The notes under the pieces were generated by a model. It saw only the letters and a program-made list of their open reading frames with translations, was not told the origin of the DNA and made no database searches. Positions 25,554 to 37,100 of a stretch of DNA of 64,000 bases are shown piece by piece. Origin of the DNA: Trichoplax adhaerens (taxonomy: Eukaryota > Animalia > Placozoa). Position numbers and translations under genes: made by a program. The stretch's first letter is position 1. Each line of letters starts with the position of its first letter. Location: the NCBI RefSeq assembly GCF_000150275.1, contig NW_002060946.1, positions 6,486,597-6,550,596 on the forward strand. The letters are read 5' to 3'.

Positions 25554-25560
25554 TTTTATA
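25554..25560 (-). promoter_or_regulatory. TATA box of the alkyl sulfatase gene
   Basis: TATAAAA(GG) on the minus strand 73 bp upstream of the ATG. AATAAA occurs on the minus strand at 23195-23200, downstream of the stop. Confidence 0.6.
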
Positions 25561-26017
25561 CCTGCGTCTAATGAAAGTGTTACAGTTCTGTTATGGAACT
25601 AAACCTATTCAAAATAATACCGCAGATTGATAACTTGAGTTAATTGCTCTTAATGTACTCAGCAAGCAAACAAATTTGAATAAAACACCTACCGATCTTT
25701 TTGTGTACACTTAATTAATACGTACTAATAAAAATACCCTGCTGTTTATAATTAATGAATGCCAATATATTTTGACCCTGAAAAGCTGGCTTGATATTAT
25801 GTTGTTACTAGAGTACCCAATTTAAAAGTATCATAGAATTTACGCAATTACGTATTTCTCAGAAATATCTACCTGGTTCCACATGGTATTAAATTAGGTA
25901 TACTGTATATTATTATACATCACATATGATACTACTTAAATATAATCAAATTTCCGTAATATTGAGATTACAACAGCTCTTGTTAGTTCAGTAATCATGG
26001 CTTATAAGGCAGGCTCC

Positions 26018-26032
26018 CATTTATGACTCAGC
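26018..26032. promoter_or_regulatory. ARE/AP-1-like element (ATGACTCAGC) upstream of the alkyl sulfatase
   Basis: catttatgactcagc matches the RTGACnnnGC core; the identical 15-mer occurs at 60999-61013. Confidence 0.5.
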
Positions 26033-27383
26033 TCTCAAGTGGTTACGTTACAATCAGTCTGTCTACGTCTATTTATTCTTAATTAAATTCTTATATTCAA
26101 TCATGATTGCACTTCTACAAGCTAATTGAGAAATAGCGACTCAGTAGTCAATGACGTATAGTATATTAATAATGGAATCAACATGCCCAAGTGAGCGTAG
26201 TTTTTGAACTTAAAATCATGTATGTAAATGTTATATACGGAAAATTTCATCTAGGTATTGCAATATAACCTGATAAAATGAGACTTTTGAATTGATATTT
26301 TACGAAAAGCACTATAATTTATGGAGCCATTACATCTTGCAACGATAAGTGCCAGTCGAACACCGTATTAGCTATTTCCGGTGACAATTACCTGACGGAA
26401 TAAATTCTATCAGAATGAAAGGTGGAGTATTAAATAATAACCACCACACTAATTAAAATGATTATTTGTAAAGCCATCCTGAGGCTAGTAAGAAATTTGG
26501 TCACATACAGTGCCTAGAAACTAATTACTGTAAGCGTTAATTAGGTTGAAATAAATAAGTCGAAGAAATCGGAACTTATAAACATGTAACAAACGCGATG
26601 ATGGCGTGACTAGCTAATAAAAAGGTTTAGACACTGCTTGATGCCAATAAATTACTTAGACTCCTTAAATAATATTCTAACAATGCAAAAGTAATATAAT
26701 GTATTGCTGGCGTTATATACTTTTCTTATACAATTACTGGCTACGTAAATTAGGTTACTAGTCCGCTTATAAGCACGAATTATGAATTCAGTTCGTTAAA
26801 ATATATTGTATTAATGAATTGATACATACCGGGTCTGTTTTATCCGTTAATTCAATTTATTGTTTAATCTCTAATAATATCAGTAAAGCAAAGTGGAGCA
26901 GATTATAAATGCAAAGAGACTAAGTGCTAAGCGCTACAGTAACTGTATTTTTAACGTTTGCTTCATTGTGAAATATAGATATTATGCTAGTTACGCATTA
27001 TTAATTTATAGAACGAAGTACGCAGGTACACTGGATTGAAGAGTTATAATCGATTGATTAAAATACTAGAACACAACTAGATGGTACAGCAAATAAAAAA
27101 AGTATGCAATTATATATTTTCTTTTAACTCGGTGTGTAATAAACTATGAAGTATATAATCAATTATATGTTGCTAGGCCTACTAAGAAGTAGACATTCAC
27201 TAAAGTGAGTAGCGATCATCATCATTGTTTGCACGAAACAGTTGCTAAACAATAGCAAGTATATCTTGATCTATTAACTTTTTTTATATCAAGAGGCAGA
27301 TCTAGATGTTTATGACTCCAGACATTGTTGCTTAATTTAAATCAAACTATATCCTAGAATAATTATATAAAATCAAGGTGTAT

Positions 27384-27835
27384 GCAAGTGAGAAATTAAT
27401 ATATCGTATGATCGATGCCGTAACTATTATAATATTATCCTTCCATTTAGTCCAACCCATAGACGCATACTGTGTTTAAAATTGGTTATTAGCAAGCTGT
27501 AGCTTTATTCCATGAACTGGAGTGAAAAATTAAATGCAAAGCTCCTGGCATAATACGCCCTTTAAAAATAAGAGAATTTCTGTACAATTGCATAAAGCAA
27601 GTTCGTACGCAAGTGAAAAATTAATACGGGAATATAGTTGTGTTCGATGCCGTAATTATTATATTATTATTGTTTCATTTAGCACAGCCCACAGACCCAT
27701 GTTGAGCCTGGAATTAGTTATTAGTAATCAATAACTTTTTCTATAGGTAGGAGTGAAAAAATTGCATTCCAGCTTCTGATATTGTACGTATTTCAAAAAT
27801 AAGATCATTTCTGCACAAAGCAAGTTCATGCCAAT
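27384..27835. repeat. Diverged tandem duplication, ~225 bp unit
   Basis: gcaagtga.aaattaata...tcgatgccgtaa...catttag...ggagtgaaaaa...aaaaataaga...aaagcaagttc starts at 27384 and 27609. Confidence 0.75.
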
Positions 27836-29043
27836 CAATAAGCGAAATATTAATGTATTGCATGATAGATAATTCATTTATAGAGCCCAGTGGTAGACTC
27901 CATTAATTGTGATCTTTCACATATGTGTTTACTGATTAAATTTTTCAGTATAGTCAATTTAGTACTACTATTTAGCATGAAAACTAATCCATCCTATAGG
28001 TTCATACCGTGTATGCAATTAGTTCAAACGGATTCTTTATAGAAACTTTATCGATATAAAGGAAAGAAGTATATAGTTTAATTTCATCACGTTAAAGGAT
28101 TACCCTTCCTTGTGCTTTAGGAGAAGCTATGACAAAAAATTACGTAGCAATTTATCACATACGTTCATTATTGAGAACATTGTTAAATCACTGTTCTGAA
28201 AATGATCATTATAATAGAATTACCGAACAATCAAAGATTAAATTAGCTATGAAGTAAAATAAAATAATTAACTATCGGCATAAATGCTCATGCAAATATT
28301 TAAATCGAAATTTAAATACATTTAGAGAAAATCAAGTCCTGTACTGTTTAGTCTTTACGTCTGTACACAGTTATGAAATTCTAGGTTCTGCACTGTATAC
28401 TACTGTACGGTGTATGATAAGTGAATATGTAAATCTAGACTGGACACAGCTTGAGACATTTCAGCATAGTTCCTGGCATTATACGTATTTTAAAAGCAAG
28501 ATTATTCCTGTATAAAGCAAGCTCATACGCGTAAATAAGCAAAATAATAGTATATTGTATGATAGATAGTCTATTATTATATGCAGTAGTAGAATTCATT
28601 ATTTGTGATCTTTCACATACTTGTTTACCGATTAGATTTTTTTAGTATACTCCAATTTAGTACTACTATTCAAAATAAGAACTGATCCACTCTATAGGTT
28701 CATACTGTGAATTGCAATTAGCTAAAACGGATCCTTTATAGAAACTTTGTAAGTATGGAGGAAAGAGGAATATAGTTTAATTTCATCAAGTAAAAGGATT
28801 ACATTACCCTTTCTCGTATTTTTAGAAGGGGCTATGCGAAAGAATTATATAGTAACTTATCACATAGTTTCATCTTTGAGAACATTGTTAAAGCACTTTA
28901 TTGAAAATGATCATTATAATAGAATTACCGAAGATCAAAGATTAAATTTACTACGTAGCAAAATAAAGTAATTAATTATCGACGTAAATGCTCTTGCAAG
29001 TATCTAAATCGAAATTTAAATACATTTAGAGAAAATCAGGTCC
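27770..29043. repeat. Diverged duplication of ~570 bp (27770-28339 and ~28468-29043)
   Basis: Long shared blocks tgtgatctttcacata, tatagtttaatttcatca, aaaatgatcattataatagaattaccga and aaatcgaaatttaaatacatttagagaaaatca, offset ~700 bp. Confidence 0.9.
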
Positions 29044-32000
29044 GCTATCAGCAATTATACGATTCATCTCTTCAACGGGAGAAATCTTGTAGAATTGTAA
29101 TATATTATGAACTGAAAAATCCTTAATACTATTCTAGGAGAAAAGAAAAATTTCAATGTAAAATTCGTTATATCCAATTTAAAGTCTCTAGCTTTAAGTA
29201 CAATATTGTTATTTAGATAATAGACAATTTTAATCGCGACTATCACAATCAAATCAATAGCAATCGTAAGTCCTTTGTTTCTGTTCGAATAATTATTATC
29301 TACTGTCTTAAAAGCATTTTTTGTTGTTAAATTCCAATGTTAGCATGGTTCCTATAGCGTGACCTGTATTGTGCTGCACTAAGTCGCTCTTCTAATCTTC
29401 TTGCTAAATATATCCTATTTACTGCGTTCAAATAATAGCTTTAACTTGTATTTATCGTCAAGCGTATTGTTTCTATTAAAATCATAATCAGTTTATGTAC
29501 TACTTTCCATACTGCTAATACCTGACAGAAAGCTACAAAAACATGCATGAAAAGTTCACATTATTAGCAGGTATGCTTTTATTTGGATTATAAAAAATTT
29601 TTAAAGTAATTTATGCCTTAAATCCGACTATCTTTGCAGTGATTCAAATTACAGTATAGGTGCATACTAATTCTTCAAGTAGATTCTACTCCAAGACCGC
29701 CTGCATTGATGCTAATGCAAAACTTGCTAGAGCTTCTCTTTAAAATCAAAAAATAAGAAGTAATCTTTCGGCAAATCTTCAAAGTCGATCGACTACTGCT
29801 CGCTTGTTGTTTGAAAAACATTGTCTAATAGCTCCTCAAACTCCATAAAGCTCTATGAATGTAAAATAATAAAGGTGTTTCCTTTAGGCTACCTTAAAGA
29901 CAGGGATGTTAATTTGCATTACATTTGATGATAAGAATCGATATAAAGTAGGGATCAGCTGTGAAAATGAGATTTCAGTTGATCCTAAAAGTTTCAAAAA
30001 TTTAAATATGAATACTATCGAAAATTTAGTTTAACGATTTTACGGACTTCAGAATTCAGAATGTGTAGATTATTATTGTTTCATTATTGGTTGAAGCCAA
30101 CATAAACTGAAAGATAGGGATAAAATACTGTAGAAGATGCCGTTAGATGAAATCGTGAATTATTGTAAGTTTAACGTACTGCTCTTTTTAGCGAAGCTGG
30201 ATTCTGAAATAAAATTGAGATTTCTTTAATTCTCTATTGTAAGAATCTTTCTTCGTCTGGAATAAAAAATTATTCACATTCTACTTGTATGCTAGCATTC
30301 AATCTATCATATAAACAGTATTGCTATAGATCCGATATCCCATTTTTAAATTGTTCCGAATCTGATTATGAAATAATCCATAAATACTTGTACAAGAAGT
30401 AAATTTTTGATCATTTTCTGTAAAATTTACATTCATAATCTCCAAAATTACCAGCATTAATATGTGAGTTACAGTAAGTGCAAATGAGTCATCAATATCA
30501 TACTTTAATATATTCACACTCCCTTATCACATTATGAACAATCACAATAGCTACCAGATTGGATAAAGTGAATTATATTTGACTTACTGTCAACTTTATT
30601 AACTACATGCTGATCGTCGTTAAGTACATAACAAAAAAGCATAAGATTATTCATATTTCTGTTGCAGAAAAAATTAATGGAAAATAGCATTGTTTTCAAT
30701 GAACTTTACTTGTAATAGATCAGCAGGTAGTATATAATTAAAACTCATAATCAACTTTATCTTTATATTCGCAATATAGCATTCATCGTCTAGATTAGCA
30801 TCAACACAATTAGTTAGAATATACAATCGTGAAGCCAACCAAATGTACCACAAGATGTTGCAAAATAAACTTGTATATGTTATAATCCTAAACATATTCA
30901 TTATGTTTTACATACATATTTATTCACCTTCCTAATTTTCTTAATCTAAATCCATTTAACAATCATACAATAACAGTATAATCGTACTTTTAAAAGGGAA
31001 CTACCCGCGATCGGACACCATGCTGTGAGGAGGATCTATACTTGTTTAAAGCTTTTAAAATTAATATTCATGCCTAATCATGTCGTAGCTTAAACAGATG
31101 TCTTAAATAGATAGCTGCACACAAATTAAAATTTATGAAACAAACTATTTTACGATCAAGTTTGAAATCTAAATAACATAACCAGCTTTAGGAACTACAA
31201 ATTTATTGCAAAAGTGTCAACTACTAAGAATCTCTGTACAAATCTAGCTAGTAATTGGCGATAATAACTATCGCAGTTAATATCAAGAATATTTTTACTC
31301 TTAGAATTAATCTAGTCTACGCCTTAAGAAAGGGGTGTATAGTTAGTTGTAAGTAAAATGAGCTAGAGAAATATTTAGATGATTTACACTCTATAATATT
31401 TAATACTAGAAGCGGCTCTCCCAATATGCATTATCCATCTCTTTCATTTTTAAATGCTAAATATCCAGTATACCTTACTAGATCCAGCATTTATTAAAGT
31501 AAATGATCTTGAGTCACAATAAATACCTCCAAAAAGCACTCTAATAGCGGTCGCCTTTTTACATTGATCACTACTTCAATCGTATTAAGTTTAGAACTAA
31601 TGTGCCCTACTGTAGTACAGTAACTATCGTACTATTCCACGACCTAAAGCTTTTCTATAAGACATTTTCGAATCCATAGTTTCTATCAATATAGTTATTT
31701 TTAAAAATATGAAGATCATGAAACGTATTAAAGAAGGACTAAAAGGAAAAGCTGAAACTCTTCCTTTTTTATATGTTCCAAAAACATTGCAAGTCTCATT
31801 AGAATAGCTAACTATAAATAGATGTGGTACTATAGTATTTGAAGGAAGTCATATGATGAGCTACTGTGTTACTAACTCCAGAACAAGCATTGGATATTAT
31901 AGAAGAAATATCATTACAACGGCATGTAGGCACTCGAATTGCCGAGGATAGAAAAAGTGATTATCTTATAGTTTTACTTAAGTTTTAACTTTGATTCTGA

Positions 32001-32460
32001 ACTGAAACTTGAGCAACTCTTTTCAACAGTAGTAAACTTTTAATCTTATATGAAATTTAGCAATGTCACAAATGAAATTCACCAGAAGAATAATCCAATT
32101 GATTTTACAGAAACAAAATGAATTTATTGATTACATTCTATATGTAATCAAAAACGTTAATACATACAAAAAAACATTAACAATAAAGTTATATTTGTAC
32201 GTTATAAAAAAACAAATATTGTAATGTGTAATGCCTATATTTATATCTCTTATTATAGTTTGAAAAATGGCACAGCCACATCGCCTTCGATTCCTTGGAA
32301 TGTCATTCTTTTTCACTAAAGAAGCAATGCAGCATGGTTTTTCGTCTACAGCAAACTCTGGAGATGACTTGTGTTGTTTTAGGATTAGAGACGACTTCGG
32401 GGGCAGATCGGGTAAGGTTCAGAGTTAGTTTTGGCATGAGAGGCCATTACCATTTTATAC

Positions 32461-32585
32461 GTTGCCCGCGGGCATTGTATGTGCATTACCCGCGGGCGTT
32501 GTATATACCCGCTGCTTTTACATTGCCCGTAATCTTACCCGCGGGCATTGTATACATTACCCGCTGTTTTTATATTGCCCGTAAT
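32461..32585. repeat. GC-rich minisatellite with palindromic CCCGCGGG cores
   Basis: ttgcccgcgggcattgta, ttacccgcgggcgttgta, tacccgctg and ttgcccgtaat units; about 7 copies of (t/a)t(a/g)cccg. Confidence 0.85.
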
Positions 32586-32586
32586 A

Positions 32587-32835
32587 ATTAATATAAACAT
32601 TATTACATTCTTATAAAAATTGCTAATTAACTGATATCGATAATGGTGAAAAGATATCCGAATCGTAATTAAGCTTTAATCACAACTCTACTATTTCGTG
32701 CAAAACTCGATATAATTATAGTGCCTCTAGAGTTGCGTTCTAATTATCTAGAATTATATTATGAACTTTGATTATTAATATAAACATTATGACATTCTTA
32801 CGAAAGTTACTAATTAAGTGATGTCGTTAGCGATG
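32587..32835. repeat. Duplicated ~60-bp block, offset 187 bp
   Basis: attaatataaacattat.acattctta...ctaattaa.tgat.tcg at 32587 and 32774. Confidence 0.8.
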
Positions 32836-34124
32836 TTGAACTCATCCAAATGTTAGTTAAAAATTTAGTCAGACTTCTCAACTTGAATCCAGTAATGACA
32901 TTAGCGATCATGATTTTCCAGTTGCGAGCCGTTATTTTCCAAAAGTAGTGTAACAGATTGGTTAATATGCAAATTACTGAGCGATAATAAAAAATCTTTG
33001 GCAAACAACTATACTAACGGCAAGAACGTTAAATCATGTATGTATGGAAAAGTTTAAATTTTTATGAATCAAAACTAGCTAATGCAGTAAGTAGGATTAC
33101 TTAGTAGTAACTGTCATTAAATTTTTTCCATTATTTACATTGTTTCTAATTCACTATGATAGGACAACTTCAAACATATTCAGCATAGAAATAGTAGACC
33201 CAATACAAATGATGTATCCTGAACGCTTACATCTACTATCAGGATAGTCTAATTTACTAGAAAAGTAATAAGAATTTTATTACACAGAAGGTAGTAGTCA
33301 GAAACCTAATAGACTGACAGGTTAATACTATAGAAAATGATATTCTCTAAATCATCTGCGTGTGCAAAATGGCTACCGTATGCATCGCCTTATTTAAAAA
33401 CAGCTACTACTAAATTGATCCTCACTTTATTATCAAACTTTCATATCAAATGAACAACAAAATGATTTGATGTAGACCAGCAGCTGACTCATACTTTATT
33501 CAATTCAATTTACAACTGTAATCGGCGTAATATTTTACGTCATTTTTTCTAAATTAAAATGATATTCAATAAAATCTGATAGCATACCAAAATTTATGAT
33601 TTATAATTAAGTTGCCACTGTATTTGAACAAGTGTAGATTATTTAAGTTAAAATCTTATTACTTTTATCGAATTCGGCTTGTCAATTACCGGATATAATA
33701 TTAAAATGTAATCAGCTCATAAAAATGAAATCTCAAATAAAACTTAATACATTTAAATCAATATTAATCAAAACTTTACTCCATAATCACGAAAACACTA
33801 TAAAAGGTTTTATCTCGCTTTCGTCGCTTCATATTACACCGACCAATATCAATTAGAAATTTTACTAATACTGATTCTCTTAAAGCAAACTGCTTTGATA
33901 CGGAAATAGGAATTAACGTCAACATGCAATAATAGCAACGATAGAAATTATGTTACATTATGGAAAGCAATTTTAGCACGATAGTGAGTATACAAGTATT
34001 CTTTTTTTCATACAGTATAACAGCAAAAAGAACATTTATCATTGTTTCAATGGAGAGGATTTGTATCAAAGCAGCCGTAGAATTTATCAATATTCGCTCG
34101 CAATAGGTATCATAATAAAACAAT

Positions 34125-37100
34125 TTAAGTAGCTGAGTGGATCAATTCATTATCTTCCTCTTCTTCTGAACTTTCTTCCGTCATTGTATAATCAATTGAT
34201 TGCGATGCAGTAGTTGTTCCTGCAGTGTGAGGAGCATTCACTGACGTACCTGTTGATATTCTTTCGTTAATGCTACTAGTGATGCTTGGACGATTTTTAA
34301 TAATCGTAGGGAGACTATCGACAATATCTCTTGTGTTATTCTGGGCAGATTTTTCCATACCAACCGCAGGTAAAACTGTAGTGTTTCACAATAGGTAAAC
34401 AAAGAGTTATTTTAAATAATTATGTGTAGAAGTTGCAATCAGTTACAGTAAAGTGTTTAATAAATTCAACGACAGCTTCTATCAAACAACTATATACTAT
34501 TAGCTGTTGAATTATCAAATTGGAATAATCATTGACATAAAATTACCAATTCTACCTTACCCTGTGATCGATTTAAATGATAGCCATGTATTAAGGGTGC
34601 AGCAGGAGATTTTGCTAGGTTAGAACGTCTCTGTCCATTTTCGTTTCGTTGTTCGGATATTTCCTCCCTAAAACATTGTGACATTGTATTAATTTAAAGA
34701 ATTTAATACGGCCTAACCCACATCTTGAATAAAATTCGTTTGATTTCGGTAGTATTTGTAGTTATGCATACAAAATAGACTTACTTTACTCCAATCGTAT
34801 CATAGGTAGAACGTTTAATGTCCATTTCCAATAGCTTCGGAACGCTACTGACTACTGTACTTAAATCATCAGAAGTAACTAGCGATGATGATGCCTACGT
34901 AAAATAATTAAAATTCGTTTACTAAGATTATGATCGTAACTGTTTATAATTGCTAATTACTGATACGTTATTATAATGTATTTTGCATATTATTCAGAAT
35001 AGCTGACTAACCTGCCATGTGCCACTCTTACTCGTCAGTGTTGAAGCATTTTGGCTATCTACAGGAATGTTTAATTGCGATGTTACAAACGGCATATTGG
35101 CAACAGCATTTCGTGAGCCACCTGGCAGTGATCTAGCTCCCATTATAGCAACAGGTGGGTCAGTTTCGTAATTAGTTTTAGCAATGTTGTCGGAAATTTT
35201 TTCGGCTACAAATCTTTTTAATCTAGAAAATTCATCAAATATAAATAACCGTTTTGAACGTTAGAAAAGAAGTTTCTTTTTTTATATTTAGTTGGAATAA
35301 AACAAAGGATCTAGACTATTTGAATTAGTAAATAAGTTTGTCGCAGAATAAAAGAGATCTTATCAACTGACTTGCTCTTATATGTAAATGCAGGCTTGAT
35401 TAAAAATATGCTATTATTTTGTTCAATGGAGTCAAACGTTGATGTTAACAATTCCGCCAGTTGCAGCCTTTGTGATGTCATAATTTCTATCTTTTCGCTC
35501 CATTTGCTAGCTCTCTGTTTAAAATTAAACAAATCCGGCATAAGTCTTTGAGTATAGGCAATTAATGCACATAGGATATTACAGATACTTAGAATATAGA
35601 CACTTTACACTGAAACTCTAATTAAATTAATATACATTATGATTCATTTATTTAAGTAATAGAATCGTTTGGCCTCTTCTTAAAGTTAATACCTTGCTTT
35701 GAAATTTTTCCATTTTGGATAAGAGAAATAAAGTGTTATCATCGAGTTCCTTTTTACGCCTTAAAGTACCTAAAAGAAAGTTTTATGAGCGATTAGATAG
35801 ATTTGTGTTTCATTAGGCGTTAACAGAAACAATTTATATTTGGTTAATTGGATTTATCCCACCCCCTCTCCTCTAGGATAAAATAAATAGAGCGTCTTAT
35901 TATAAAAGTCTTTAAAGTACTATTGTTATCGTTTGCTAGTGAATAATTTGTTAATTAAATCATATGTAAGAATATCACATGTATTCTTACTACCATGCTT
36001 CATTTCGCAGGGCAAAAAGTTGTATCTGGTTCAAGATGCCTGAATACAGCATTAATTCCTTACCTTCTAAGTTTTTCATCTGACAATGATGGGTGTATTT
36101 GTTAACAAGACACGCTAGTAGCTTTCCAGGTAATGATGTATAATTATCCATGCCTTTCATAGATTCCTTTATCAAGCAAGGAATTAATAAGCAACTAGAC
36201 GTTCGAATAGAGTATCTTGTATATTTACGTACGTAGCTATCATACCTTATAGGCATTTTCCGATAGACTACCAATATTAAGAGCTCGTTTTAACGATTTC
36301 GCGTTTCTTTCAGCATCTTTACGAGTAAACATAATTGGTGAAGCAGAAGTAGTCTATAGAATTGAAATTTCAAAAGCAATGCCTTAATTTAATTGCAATT
36401 CTGAAGCTTTAATAGAATTATATATAGTATAAGCGGTAATAATAGGATATAAATGCAACCCTCGAATTGCAATCCTATAATTTTATTAATAATAATACTA
36501 GATTAATTTTTTTACCGGTGCTTCTTTATGATCACTTGGACTAGTTCGAGGTGATAATGATAGCGTGCTAGATTTTCGATTTCCAATGATTGCTCGTGCT
36601 TCTTTCGGCGTAATTGCTCTGGGAGGTAATTCAGAATTTCTAATTTCCTATGATTTAGAATAATCGTCCGAAAATTGTCTTAGACAATACGTTTATCAAA
36701 TTTACAATCAATTAAGGGATCAGTTATTTTATAATCATTTTGCTAATTATAGGAATGTTATAAGTAAGTTAGGAACTTATAATAGATAGCTTATTTAACA
36801 GTGATGTAAAATTACCGCTTTTAATTGAGTTATAACACGTTGCATTTCTGAAATCGTTGTTGAACTTGCATTCAGCTCTTTTTGACGGAGGTCAAACTGA
36901 TTTAGAAGTTCATTTTGACTGAAATTTTACGTATTAGGAAGGTTGATTAGTGCAAGGAAATTAAATCCATTTGTTTACAAGTAAAATTATAAAATTTCAA
37001 GTTCTGTCTAGCTATCAATCACAGTATAAAAATAAACATACAGTTTCTCAGCTAATTCCCTCAGTTCACTTTCATCAGCTTTTTCAGGAATCTGAGGCAC

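Noticed and set aside
32131-32400. Minus-strand frame containing RRRCGCAIF, resembling a CaaX tail
   Set aside because: No stop follows CAIF, no upstream GTPase exons were found, and it lies in repeat-like DNA.
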